From Thermoanaerobaculia bacterium (GTDB lineage Bacteria; Acidobacteriota; Thermoanaerobaculia; Multivoradales; UBA5704), in NCBI GenBank assembly GCA_044226625.1, contig JBGAGQ010000012.1:54073-118072 (forward strand): a stretch of DNA of 64,000 bases, written 5' to 3'. Position 1 is the first letter of the stretch. Each line of letters opens with the position of its first letter. The notes below the pieces were generated by a model. It searched no databases. It saw nothing but the letters and a program-made list of their open reading frames with translations, and was not told the DNA's origin. Shown in pieces: positions 1 to 10,006 of the stretch. The position numbers and the translations under genes were made by a program.

Positions 1-1
1 C

Positions 2-2299
2 CAGGACTTCGCCTGGATCGACGACCGGACACTCGCGGTGCTCGCCGCGGAATCCCCTTCGGAGCGCGAGCGGAGGCGCGACGAGAGCAGCGATACCGCG
101 ATCGTCGTCGACGACGCGGAGAGCCGGCCGGCCGTGCGCCTGTTCCGCGTCGAGGTGGACCCCTCGGAGGCCGCCGATCCGCAACCGGGCACGGTGCGCC
201 GCCTGACCACCAACTCCGACTGGCTCGGCGAGATCGCTGTCTCACCGGACGGCAAGCGGGCCGTGGCGACGGCGGCCCGCAGCCTGTCGTACGACTTCGA
301 CCAACGGGTCCGCCCGCGCACGCTCCTGATCGACCTCGCGACCGGCGCCGAAACGGACCTCTTCGCCGACGGCCCCTCGGTCGTTCCGGTCGGCTTCCGC
401 TGGGCGCCCGACAGCTCGGGCTTCTATTTCACCGAGGAGCGGACGACCCACCCGACCTATCGGATCGCCACCGTCACCGACCTCTGGTACTACGACCTCG
501 CGAGCCGCGGCGCGCAGCGCATCGACCTCGGCTGGCCGCGCGGCCTGGCCGCCCCGGTCGAGCCGCTCGCGGACGGCTTCCTCGCCCTGCTCGCCGACGG
601 CGTCCGCTACCGTCCGGCCCGCTACGTTCGCTCCCGGAGCGGCGCGAAACGCCAGGACCTCGCCGGCACCCACGTAAAGAACCTCGATGGCTGGGCGCTC
701 TCGGCCGACGGCCGGACGCTCGTCTACGTCCACTCGTCGGCGACCCGCCCGCCCCAGGGGTACGTCGCCCGGCTCGACGGAGCGAGGCTCGTCGCCGAGC
801 GGCGGATCACCACGCTCAACGCCGATTGGGAGGATAAGCCCACCGGGCGTAGCGAGATCGTGCAGTGGAAAGGGGCCAAGGGCGAGACGGTCGAGGGCGT
901 CCTCCGCTATCCGCTCGATTGGAAGAAAGGCGAGAAGCGGCCTCTCGTCCTCTCGATCCACGGTGGGCCGAACGAGACCGATCGCGACACCTGGGCGGAG
1001 GACTGGAGCGCGCCGGAGATCCTCCTGCGCGCCCGGGGCGCGTTCGTCCTAGCCGCCAATTACCACGGCAGCTCCGGCTACGGCCTGGAATGGGTCGAAT
1101 CGATCGCCGGCCGCTACTACGAGCTCGAGGTGCCCGACCTCGAGAAGGGCGTCGACTCGCTGATCGCCCGCGGTCTCGTCGACCCCGAGCGCCTGGGGAG
1201 CATGGGCTGGTCGAACGGCGGCATCCTCACCGCGGAGCTGATCACCCGCACGCGGCGCTACAAAGCCGCGTCGATCGGCGCCGCCGACGTCGAATGGATC
1301 AGCGATTGGGGCAACGTCGATTTCGGCGCGGCGTTCGACAACTACTACTTCGGCGGCCCGCCCTGGGAAAAGCTCGAGCACTACGTCCAGAAGTCGCCGT
1401 TCTTCCGCTTGAAGGACGTCACGACGCCGACCCTCGTCTACGCCGGCACGGCCGATCGCTCGGTCCCGCCGAACCAGGCGTGGTCCCTGTTTCGCGCCCT
1501 CCAGCAGATCGGCAAGGCGCCCACCCGGTTGGTGCTCTTCCCCGGCGAGCCGCACGCCCTGCTCGAGCCGGCGCACCAGCGGCGGAAGATGGAAGAGGAC
1601 CTCGACTGGTTCGACCGGTACCTGTTCGACCGGCCGGCGTCCTCCCGTCCGGCCGTGCCCGAGGGCTCCGCCCTCGCCAGCCTGATCGCGAAGAAGAGCG
1701 CGGCGCGTCAGGGAGCCGCCTGGGGCCTCCTCTTCGACGGCGCGCTGATCCCCGAGACGGTCGCTCACGAAGGCCAGGAGGTCGGACGCTTCGAGGTGAC
1801 GCGTGCGCAGTTCGCGGCGTTCGACCCAACCGTTCCCGCGCTCCCGGGCGAAGAGAACCTACCCGCGATTGTGCCGTTCGAACGGGCGAAGAGCTACGCC
1901 GCCTGGCTCGCGAAGAAGGCGGGCCAACCCTTCCGCCTCCCCACCGAAGACGAGGCGCAGTCCTTGGCCGACGAGGCCGGCTCCGGCGGCAACACCCTCG
2001 ACGCCTGGGTCGGCTACACCCCGAATCCGGAAGACGCCGCGGCGATCCGCGCGGCCCTCGCCCAAGCCTTCGGAACCGGAGCGACCGCCCCTCTGCTCGA
2101 GCCCGCGGGAAGCCACCCCGGCCTGGGCGAGGGAAATGCCGCGATCTTCGACCTGGACGGCAACGCCGCCGAATGGGCGGTTGCCGAAAACGGCAAAGCC
2201 GTCGCCATCGGCTCAAGCGCCGAGCGCCCGAACGACCCACGAAGCTCCGAGGGGGCGAGCCTGGCGTATACGGGATTTCGGGTGGTGGTGGGGCGCTAG
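2..2299 (+). CDS. S9 (prolyl oligopeptidase/acylaminoacyl peptidase) family peptidase with beta-propeller and C-terminal FGE-sulfatase/SUMF1-like domain; 5' partial
   Basis: IHGGP, nucleophile GWSNGG, D (ADRSVP) and H (GEPH) triad; C-terminal GRFEVTRAQF, FRLPTEDEA, DLDGNAAEW, GFRVV motifs; frame open to window edge. Confidence 0.9.
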   Translation, partial: QDFAWIDDRTLAVLAAESPSERERRRDESSDTAIVVDDAESRPAVRLFRVEVDPSEAADPQPGTVRRLTTNSDWLGEIAVSPDGKRAVATAARSLSYDFDQRVRPRTLLIDLATGAETDLFADGPSVVPVGFRWAPDSSGFYFTEERTTHPTYRIATVTDLWYYDLASRGAQRIDLGWPRGLAAPVEPLADGFLALLADGVRYRPARYVRSRSGAKRQDLAGTHVKNLDGWALSADGRTLVYVHSSATRPPQGYVARLDGARLVAERRITTLNADWEDKPTGRSEIVQWKGAKGETVEGVLRYPLDWKKGEKRPLVLSIHGGPNETDRDTWAEDWSAPEILLRARGAFVLAANYHGSSGYGLEWVESIAGRYYELEVPDLEKGVDSLIARGLVDPERLGSMGWSNGGILTAELITRTRRYKAASIGAADVEWISDWGNVDFGAAFDNYYFGGPPWEKLEHYVQKSPFFRLKDVTTPTLVYAGTADRSVPPNQAWSLFRALQQIGKAPTRLVLFPGEPHALLEPAHQRRKMEEDLDWFDRYLFDRPASSRPAVPEGSALASLIAKKSAARQGAAWGLLFDGALIPETVAHEGQEVGRFEVTRAQFAAFDPTVPALPGEENLPAIVPFERAKSYAAWLAKKAGQPFRLPTEDEAQSLADEAGSGGNTLDAWVGYTPNPEDAAAIRAALAQAFGTGATAPLLEPAGSHPGLGEGNAAIFDLDGNAAEWAVAENGKAVAIGSSAERPNDPRSSEGASLAYTGFRVVVGR

Positions 2300-2318
2300 G
2301 CTGTTGGAGGCTCGAAGC

Positions 2319-2375
2319 ATGACCAAACTGCTCGAACGAGCCGTCGCTCAGGCTGCCGCTCTTCCGGAGGCCGAG
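2319..2375 (+). pseudogene. Probable remnant of a small antitoxin-like gene (MTKLLERAVAQAAALPEAE) truncated by a repeat element
   Basis: GGAGG RBS at 2306-2310, ATG at 2319; protein-like sequence stops where the repeat begins (2376). Confidence 0.4.
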
Positions 2376-2578
2376 GTGCCGCCCCCCACCTCGGTCCTCC
2401 CCCGCAAGCGGGGGAGGAGGCCCGCCCGTCCCTGTTCACGTCTCTGTATCTCCGTCTCGCCCTCGCTCCAGTCCTCACATCCTCTCAGGAAGGCGTCCCT
2501 CCCCCCGCTTGCGGGGGGAGGACAGGAGGGGGGCCTCAGCCAACCACGTCGGCCGGCCCGTTGACGCAGGGGCGGAGC
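2376..2578. repeat. ~203-bp palindromic REP/MITE-like element, copy A
   Basis: Internal hairpins CTCCCCCGCAAGCGGGGGAG and CTCCCCCCGCTTGCGGGGGGAG; highly similar to the reverse complement of 3642-3844. Confidence 0.85.
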
Positions 2579-2698
2579 TTGTCTCCGCCCGCGATCATCG
2601 CCACTTCTGGGCGGAGGCTAGATTCGCCTCTACACCCCCTCGATTCGGGACACGTGCCTCCCTTCGCGAGGCGGCTTCTCTCTAACTAAGCGCGAGCC

Positions 2699-3586
2699 TC
2701 ACCGTAACACCAACAAATCCACCGCCGTCGCCGCAAACAGCCCGACCGATAAAAACCCGTTCGTGGTGAAGAACGCCGCGTTCAGGCGCGAGAAGTCGTT
2801 CGGCCGGACGATCCAGTGCTGGTAGGCGAGGAGCAGGAGGCAGCCGGCCCAGCCGACCCAGTAGCCAGCTCCCAGACCGGGCGGGTAGAGGCTCGGAAGG
2901 AGCGCGAGCAGCGCGACGACGACGACGTGGAGGAGCCCGGAGATCCAGAGCGCGGGTACGACTCCGAAGCGGGCGGGAATCGAGAAGAGGCCATTCGCTC
3001 GATCGAACTCGAGATCTTGGAGGGCGTAGAGCACGTCGAAGCCGGCGGTCCAGAGGAGCACGGCGAGCGCGAGGACGAGCGGAGCGGGCTGGATGTCTCC
3101 GCGGACGGCGATCCAGGCTCCGAGCGGGGCACCGGAGAGCGCGAGGCCAAGGATCAGATGGCAGAGGAAGGTGAAGCGCTTGGTGTACGAGTAGAGGAAG
3201 AGCACGCCGAGCGCCACGGGGGAGAGCGCGAGGGCGAGGGGGTTCAAGCGCCAGGCGGCGAGCACCAGCAGGGCGACGCTCGCGGCGATGAACAGCGAGA
3301 CGAAGAGCGGCGTCACCAGCCCGGCCGGCAGGGCGCGCATCGAGGTCCGCGGGTTGTCGGCGTCGATCTTCCGGTCGATCAGACGGTTCCACCCCATCGC
3401 GGCGCTCCGCGCGCCGACCATCGCCACGGCGATCCAGCCGACCGTCCGCCACGACGGCCACCCCTCGGCCGCGAGCATCATTCCCATCAGGGCAAACGGT
3501 AGGGCGAAGAGCGTGTGCTCGATCTTGATCATCTCGAGCACGATGCGGAGCTGGCGGAGGGGGGAGGTCGGGCGATTCGTCGGCAT
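2699..3586 (-). CDS. ubiA: UbiA-family prenyltransferase (MqnP-like / putative 4-hydroxybenzoate polyprenyltransferase)
   Basis: IKIEHTLFALPFA, ARSAAMGWNRLIDRKIDADNPRT, YSYTKR, GFDVLYALQDLEFD; multiple TM helices. Confidence 0.92.
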   Translation of the reverse strand: MPTNRPTSPLRQLRIVLEMIKIEHTLFALPFALMGMMLAAEGWPSWRTVGWIAVAMVGARSAAMGWNRLIDRKIDADNPRTSMRALPAGLVTPLFVSLFIAASVALLVLAAWRLNPLALALSPVALGVLFLYSYTKRFTFLCHLILGLALSGAPLGAWIAVRGDIQPAPLVLALAVLLWTAGFDVLYALQDLEFDRANGLFSIPARFGVVPALWISGLLHVVVVALLALLPSLYPPGLGAGYWVGWAGCLLLLAYQHWIVRPNDFSRLNAAFFTTNGFLSVGLFAATAVDLLVLR

Positions 3587-3641
3587 TCGGGGCGGATCTT
3601 ATCGAGGCGTCGGGGAAGGGCGAAAAATTCGGAACGCAGAG

Positions 3642-3844
3642 GCTCCGCCCCTACGTCAACGGGCCGGCCGACGTGGCTGGCTGAAGGCCCCCCTCCTGTC
3701 CTCCCCCCGCAAGCGGGGGGAGAGACGCTTCGCTGAGAGGGGGTGAGGACTGGAGTGAGGGTGAGGCGGAGACGCAAGGGCGTGAAGGGGACGGGCGGGC
3801 CTCCTCCCCCGCTTGCGGGGGAGGACCGAGGTGGGGGTCGGCAC
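3642..3844. repeat. ~203-bp palindromic REP/MITE-like element, copy B (inverted relative to A)
   Basis: Reverse-complement match to 2376-2578; carries a GTAG-type end (GTAGGGGCGGAGC on the minus strand). Confidence 0.85.
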
Positions 3845-4053
3845 GGTTCGCCGAAAGAGTCCCCTCCTAAAAATCGGGCGCGAGGCACCCATGGAGTTCC
3901 GACCTCGATGCCGACTTCCAGAACACTCTAAACATGGCCACCGTCTCATCCTGCGGACCCGGTGCCCCGACGGTGCGGACCTATTCAGGAAACGAACCGC
4001 CCATCCCAAACCTCTGGGCAAGCTCAGGACCGCCTCGCTACACTCTCCGCATC

Positions 4054-6129
4054 ATGGCTCCGCTCACCCGCCGCGCCTTCCTTGCCGCCGCCGCCTCGAT
4101 GGGGGCCACTCTGGCCTGGGCCGGTCCTCGGTCTCTCCGCTCGCGCTCGATTTGGGTCGAGGACCGCGGGCGGTTCGCCGAAGGGGTCGCCTCCGGAGAC
4201 CCCGCGCCCGATAGCGTCCTCCTCTGGACCCGCTACTCGGCCGGGGGGACGGAGACCAGCGTACCGCTCACCGTCGAAGTCGCCGAGGACGCAGCCTTCG
4301 CGCACGTCGTCGCGCGGGCCGAGACGCGCGCGCTGCTCGCCGCGGACCATACCTGCCGGGTCCTCGTCGGCGGACTGCGGCCGTATCGGGTCTATTGGTA
4401 CCGGTTTCTGGACGCCAAGGGCCACGGAAGCCGAATCGGGCGCACCCGGACCGCGCCGGCGGACGACGACGCCAAGCCGATGCGGTTCGTGTTCGTCAGC
4501 TGCCAGAACGTCTGCGAGGGAGCCCAGAACGCTTACCGGCGGATGATCTTCGAAGACGAGCGCGCGGCGCCGGACGACCAGCTCGCCTTCATCCTCCATC
4601 TCGGCGATTTCGTCTACGAGGTCGTGCAATATCCGGAGGACGTCCCGGGCGGCCACCGTTACGACCGCCGGGTGCGCGACGTCGTTCGCTATCCCACGGG
4701 CGAGAAGGTCGCGGGCTTCCGGGTGCCGGTCGACCTCGCCGACTATCGGGCGCTCTACCGCGCCTACCTCCAAGATCCGGACATCCAGGACGCGAGAGCG
4801 CGCTGGCCGTTCGTTCCCATGTGGGACAACCACGAGTTCTCGTGGCTCGGCTGGCAGTCGTTCCAGCTCTTCGAGGGCAAGGTCCGCCCGGCCCAGACCC
4901 GAAAGGTCGCGGCCAACCAGGCGTGGTTCGAGTACCAGCCGGCGCGCGTCGCCCAGGCGGCCGGCGCGTCGCTCGAACGCTTCGAGGCGCCCGCGGTCAA
5001 GGACGTGCCGATCGAGACGCTCGACGAGCAGGGCCTCGGCCAGGAGCCGAACAACCTCGCGGCGATCGGCAGCCTCACCGGGTACCGGACGCAGCGCTGG
5101 GGCCGTTATCTCGACCTGTTGATCACCGACCAGCACTCCTACCGCTCGGAGGTGCCCGACAGCCGGGAGGAGACGAACCCCCTGCAGAACGACGATTTCC
5201 CGAACCTCGTTCCCCAGGAGGTGATGGAGATCCTCGACGCCGGCAGGGCCTACGCGAACGGCCACCCGCCGGACACGATCCGCTTCGGCGAGGCCGAGAT
5301 CCCGAACTTCCGCAAGACGGGCGCGCCGCAGACGGTGCTCGGGGCGCGGCAGAAGGAGTGGTTCCTCGACCGCCTGTGCACCTCGCGCGCGACCTGGAAG
5401 GTGTGGGGCAATTCGCTCGGGTCGCTCGAGTGGCGCGCGGACCCGCAAAACCTCCCCGAGGGGATGGTCAAACGTTGGCCGGGCGCCGGGTTCGCGAGCT
5501 TCGGCGGCGGCGGCGATTGGGGCTCGGCCTATACCGAGCGCGGCCAGATCTACGACGCTGTGCGCGAGGCGGGCCTCACCGGATTCCTCACCGTCTCGGG
5601 CGACCGGCACAGCTTCTGGGCGGGCCTGTCGGCGAAGGCGCTACCTCCCGCATCCTTCGAGCCGGTCGGCGCCGCGTTCATCACCGGATCGATCTCGGCG
5701 GCCGGTCTGGCCGAGTCCTTCGAGCATCGCTTCCCGCAGGACCACCCGCTGCACGCCCTCTACATGGCCGAGGTTGGCGGCAAGAAACAGCCGATGGTGA
5801 ACCTCCTGATGCACCACGGGGTGAAGACCTGCCTCGAGTACCAGAAGACCGGCGATCTCGAGAAGGCCCGCCGCGTCTCGAACCCGGACGTCGCGCCGCA
5901 CCTCTCCTTCCTCGACATGAGCGGTCACGGCTACGCCGTCCTGCGCCTCACGGCCGACGCGGCCGAATGCGAGTTCGTCTGCATCCCCCGGCCGCTCGAG
6001 CGCAGCGAAGGCGCCGACGGCGGACCGCTCCGCTATCGCGTCGTCCACCGCGTACCGATGTGGGCAAAAGGCGAGCGGCCGCGGCTGGAACAGCGGGTCA
6101 TCGAAGGGGATCCGGGGCTCGCGCTGTAA
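4054..6129 (+). CDS. phoD: PhoD-family alkaline phosphatase, Tat-exported
   Basis: Tat signal LTRRAFL; GVASGDP, LHLGDFVYE, WDNHE, SGDRHS motifs. Confidence 0.92.
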   Translation: MAPLTRRAFLAAAASMGATLAWAGPRSLRSRSIWVEDRGRFAEGVASGDPAPDSVLLWTRYSAGGTETSVPLTVEVAEDAAFAHVVARAETRALLAADHTCRVLVGGLRPYRVYWYRFLDAKGHGSRIGRTRTAPADDDAKPMRFVFVSCQNVCEGAQNAYRRMIFEDERAAPDDQLAFILHLGDFVYEVVQYPEDVPGGHRYDRRVRDVVRYPTGEKVAGFRVPVDLADYRALYRAYLQDPDIQDARARWPFVPMWDNHEFSWLGWQSFQLFEGKVRPAQTRKVAANQAWFEYQPARVAQAAGASLERFEAPAVKDVPIETLDEQGLGQEPNNLAAIGSLTGYRTQRWGRYLDLLITDQHSYRSEVPDSREETNPLQNDDFPNLVPQEVMEILDAGRAYANGHPPDTIRFGEAEIPNFRKTGAPQTVLGARQKEWFLDRLCTSRATWKVWGNSLGSLEWRADPQNLPEGMVKRWPGAGFASFGGGGDWGSAYTERGQIYDAVREAGLTGFLTVSGDRHSFWAGLSAKALPPASFEPVGAAFITGSISAAGLAESFEHRFPQDHPLHALYMAEVGGKKQPMVNLLMHHGVKTCLEYQKTGDLEKARRVSNPDVAPHLSFLDMSGHGYAVLRLTADAAECEFVCIPRPLERSEGADGGPLRYRVVHRVPMWAKGERPRLEQRVIEGDPGLAL

Positions 6130-6354
6130 GGCCGCCCGGCTATTGATGCGCCGACCTCGCCCCCGCCGACGGTGGAGTGGGTTCAAGAGCGCTTCGAGGG
6201 GAGCGGGTCGGATGATCGAGCGATACTCGCGCCTCCATGACCATCGGAGCTCGCCGTTCCTAAGGCCTCGCCTCGCGCAGGAAATCACCACCCCGGCGGG
6301 CGCGCGGAAATGGCGGGCGTTGCGGTAGGCGGTTCGGGACTCACGGGGGGAGAG

Positions 6355-7890
6355 ATGGAGCACGCTCAGACGGCTTCACGTTACGGAACGCTACTCTTCT
6401 TCCTCGCGGCCGTCTTCTTGCTCGCCGCCGCGGGTTTGAACAGCGCCATGGATTCGGCGGTCGACAAGCTGGATCGTCTCACTACTCGATACTCCGAAGC
6501 CGAGACCATGCTGGGTAAAGCCCGTTCAGCCAGGTTAAAAGGGGAAAACTTTTACTCGGCTGTGAGTCTCCAGATTCTCATTCAAGAGTGGTGGAGAAAG
6601 ACGGACGAAAAGCTTCCTACGGATTACGGCGATAGTTTTGCAGATCGGCCGGTGAGCCTGCCAGGCTTCTCGCAGATGAAACTCACCGTAAATCCAGTGA
6701 GTGGTGACTATTGGACAAGGTTCTACCGACAGAACGATCTTTACCGGGTCCCCCTGTTTCGGCAACTCGAAAAGGGGGCAGAAAGTTTCGGAAAGGAAGC
6801 AAAGAGGATCGATAGTCTTCCAGAGGCTCCGGAACAAAAGGCGCGGTTGCTGGATATCGCCCTGGTCCAGTCATTCCCGAGCAAGACGGCGCGCGAGATC
6901 TTGGCCGATGACTTCATGGACATTCTCGTCGAGAAGAAGAATGTCGATCGGAATATCAGATGCTGGATTGCACTGGACGATTGGCCCTGTCGGAGCGGCG
7001 GTACTGCTACGGGGGTTGGAGTCTCCTATCTCCGGCGAGATGAACGATTTCTATGGGTTCAAGATTCTCGGGATCACATCTTCAACTCGCTGGGCATCGC
7101 AAAGAATCAGGACGAAGCCGAGGCGCTGCTGAAAGAAGAGTGGATCAGGGCCCATGACGCACTGCTCGAGTTCAAGATACCCATGACGCAGGTGAGCCTT
7201 CCGGGTAGCGGCTTGACTCTTTCGGTAGGCGACGTGCTCTTGCTCGCAGGCCCGCTCCTCATCTATTTCCAGATTCTTTTCCTGGTATCCAAGGAACGGA
7301 TGGCGGTGTCCGGATCGGAAAAAGAGGCCTTCGTCTTTCCACAGTTCTCAGCACCGGACGATCCGCTGGTTTCGCTCAAGGGCACGAGGCTGGCAGGATT
7401 CAGCGAGAGAATCATCTGGTTACTCTTCTTGGTCGCGCCGATCGCGGTTCTAACGATCGCCGTGGTGACGCGGTACGATTTCATGAGTCTTTCAGCGTAC
7501 AGCGGCCTTCCCTGGATCAAGAAGATCGAATACAGCAGGTCTTCCGACGGGTTTTCAGCTCTTCTCGACCTCATCAACCTCGGCTTTCTCGGCATCGCGT
7601 TGGTCGTCGCGATTCGGCTCACGACCCTTCACCGGTCAGCCAGTCGGTACATTTCGGATCGCAATTACCGATCCCTGACGGTTCTGTTGTTGAACCTCTT
7701 CACCGTCACTTTCCTCGCCGCTGGTTGGAGTCTTCTCGGTAGAGAAATTCCGGTGTGGGGGACCTATTTCCTCGCCTTCGCTGTTCTCTGGTTGGCGGGA
7801 TTCCTCGTGGCTTTGGTTCGAGGTGCTTGGACGATGGCACTTCTTTCGGCTGGCGGATTCGCACTGGGGTTATCCATTCTCATTGGCTAG
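6355..7890 (+). CDS. Hypothetical multi-pass membrane protein with a large soluble domain (lower GC)
   Basis: 511-aa ORF with purine-rich RBS; one N-terminal TM and about 6 C-terminal TM segments; AT-richer codons than flanks. Confidence 0.7.
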   Translation: MEHAQTASRYGTLLFFLAAVFLLAAAGLNSAMDSAVDKLDRLTTRYSEAETMLGKARSARLKGENFYSAVSLQILIQEWWRKTDEKLPTDYGDSFADRPVSLPGFSQMKLTVNPVSGDYWTRFYRQNDLYRVPLFRQLEKGAESFGKEAKRIDSLPEAPEQKARLLDIALVQSFPSKTAREILADDFMDILVEKKNVDRNIRCWIALDDWPCRSGGTATGVGVSYLRRDERFLWVQDSRDHIFNSLGIAKNQDEAEALLKEEWIRAHDALLEFKIPMTQVSLPGSGLTLSVGDVLLLAGPLLIYFQILFLVSKERMAVSGSEKEAFVFPQFSAPDDPLVSLKGTRLAGFSERIIWLLFLVAPIAVLTIAVVTRYDFMSLSAYSGLPWIKKIEYSRSSDGFSALLDLINLGFLGIALVVAIRLTTLHRSASRYISDRNYRSLTVLLLNLFTVTFLAAGWSLLGREIPVWGTYFLAFAVLWLAGFLVALVRGAWTMALLSAGGFALGLSILIG

Positions 7891-8089
7891 CCTGGAGCTG
7901 CGCGAGGAAGAGCGCGGCGGGCCCCCTCCGCCGGAGATCGAATCCGGCGTTCTCGCGCCGGAGTGTCTGGAAATGCTCCAGCGCCCGCGGAAGCGGAGCC
8001 TCTGACGCCCACCTTCCCCACGAACACCATCGTGTTTATGCTCCGGAAAGGAGAAGACACGAGGGTGTTTCTCCAGGAGGGCGCTCAAC

Positions 8090-9383
8090 TTCTACTTTCC
8101 GCGACAGTTCGACGAGGTGTTGGCCGCTTGGGCTCGGGGGGCGGGCCGCAAGCCTCTGTTTCCTCGAGCTCAACCTGGAGCGATACGCGGACCTCTCCCT
8201 CGTGCGCTCCTGCCGTTCTGCGGACGATCTTCTGAAAGCTCTCGCCGCGCGCCACAACGTGACGGCCTTCCCGGAGCGGACGCTCCTGTTCCTCGATGAG
8301 GTGCAGGAGAGCTCCGAGGCGATCCAGTGGCTGCGTTTCTTCCATGAGGACCATCCGGAAATCGCTGTGGTGGCGGCCGGCTCGCTCCTGGAAGTCCGAT
8401 TGGAAGAGCGGGGATTCTCCTTCCCCGTGGGCAGGGTGACCTTCCGGACGCTGCGCCCTTTGAGCTTCCAGGAGTTTCTCAAGGCGTCCGGTAAGGACGT
8501 GCTCGCCGAGGGGATCCGCGTGGGGGAGGTCCCCGGCTCCGAGACCGCGGTGCCGCTCCATACCCAAGCGCTCTCCCTGCTCCGGGACTACCTGCTGGCC
8601 GGGGGCATGCCCGAGGCGGTCCGGACGTGGGTCGAATCGGGCAGCCCGGCCGCCGTCCGGCAGGTCCAGTCGGATCTGATTCAGGCGTTCGCGGAGGACA
8701 TCCAGAAATACCGGAGCGGCGTCTCGGCATCCGACCTCGAGGCCGCGTTCGACAATCTGCCGCACCATTACGGTCTGCGATTCCGCTACGAGAACTTCGC
8801 CCCGGGCTTCAAATCGCAGCGGATGAAGGACGCCCTCGGCAAGCTCGAAGCGGCGCTGCTGATCGCGCGCGTATGGCCCACGCACTCGGTCCAACTGCCG
8901 CTCGCCGTCCGGGCCAGATCCGCGCCGAAACTCCTGCCGCTCGACGTCGGTCTCGCGCTCCATACCCTCGGCACGGGATACCAGGCGCTCGCGTCCGAGC
9001 CCCTGGAGCGCCTGTTGGACGGCCGGCTCGCCGAGATCTTCGTCGGCCAACAGCTTCTCGCCTCTCGATCGGCCGCCGCCGAGCCGCTGTTCTTCTGGGT
9101 GAGCGAATCCGCGCGAGCCAACGCCGAGACCGACTATCTGTTACCCGGCGCGGGCTATCCCGTACCCGTCGAGGTCAAGGCGGGGGCTGCCGGATCGCTC
9201 AAGTCGCTCCACCAGTTCCTCTTCCGGGCGGGCTGCGAGCTCGGGATCCGCCTGCACGCGGGGACCTACGGCGATGAGCGCCTCAAGGTAAAGATGCCGG
9301 AGGGGGAACTGGCGTACCGCCTGATCTCGCTCCCGATCTATCTGGCGGAAGAGGTGGCGGCTTGGTTGAGTCGGAGAGAATAG
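8090..9383 (+). pseudogene. AAA_14 / DUF4143 ATPase lacking Walker A, frameshifted near the 5' end
   Basis: One frame gives FYFPRQFDEVLAAWARGAGRKPL; another frame continues FLELNLE...LLFLDEVQ...AAGSLL...GGMPEAV...PVEVKAG; the expected GARQxGKT is absent. Confidence 0.75.
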
Positions 9384-9420
9384 CTAGCGTTCCGCGAGGA
9401 ACAGTCGCCAGGAGTCCTTC

Positions 9421-9903
9421 GTGACCGACCCATTCCAGAACGTAGCCGACGAAGAACGGCGACTGGTTGAGAAGCTGGCCAAGATCGAAGCGCTGTTCGC
9501 CCGCGGCGCGACGGCGGGCGAGCGCGCCGCGGCGGAAAGCGCCAGAGAACGGATTCGCGCGCGCCTTCTGACTTTGGAGAAGATCGAGCGGCCGGTCGAG
9601 TACCGGTTCACCCTGGCCGACGGCTGGTCCCGACGGTTGTTCACCGCCCTTCTTCGTCGCTACGGGCTACGTCCTTTCCGCTATCGACGGCAACGCCACA
9701 CGACCGTGATGGTCCGGGTGACGGCGAAATTTGTCGACGAGGTTCTGTGGCCCGAGTTCCAGCAGCTCGACGCCACCCTCCGAGCTCACCTGCAGGCTGT
9801 GACGGATCGCATCGTGACCGTGGCGATCCACGGCGAGACGGCTGAGGCGGAGGAGCGTGCGGGGGAACCCTCACCGTCCGACGGGCAGCGGTCGCTCGGA
9901 TAG
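9421..9903 (+). CDS. Hypothetical protein (DUF2786-like N-terminus)
   Basis: KLAKIEALFARGATAGERAAA; AGGAG RBS before GTG. Confidence 0.7.
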   Translation: MTDPFQNVADEERRLVEKLAKIEALFARGATAGERAAAESARERIRARLLTLEKIERPVEYRFTLADGWSRRLFTALLRRYGLRPFRYRRQRHTTVMVRVTAKFVDEVLWPEFQQLDATLRAHLQAVTDRIVTVAIHGETAEAEERAGEPSPSDGQRSLG

Positions 9904-9985
9904 CCAACCTTCCGGGGGCGGAACCGGCGCGGCTTCCGGTGTGTGCTCTCTCGGCCACCCGGTGTCGCAACTCTCCTATCCGCGC

Positions 9986-10006
9986 CATGGTATGGTCTCT
10001 GCCATG
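9986..10006. promoter_or_regulatory. Putative antitoxin operator overlapping a -10-like box and the start codon
   Basis: Inverted repeat CATGGTA...TGCCATG spanning TATGGT and ATG 10004. Confidence 0.4.

Noticed and set aside
1700-2299. DGR target (C-type lectin fold ending GFRVV)
   Set aside because: No template repeat and no reverse transcriptase seen in the window.
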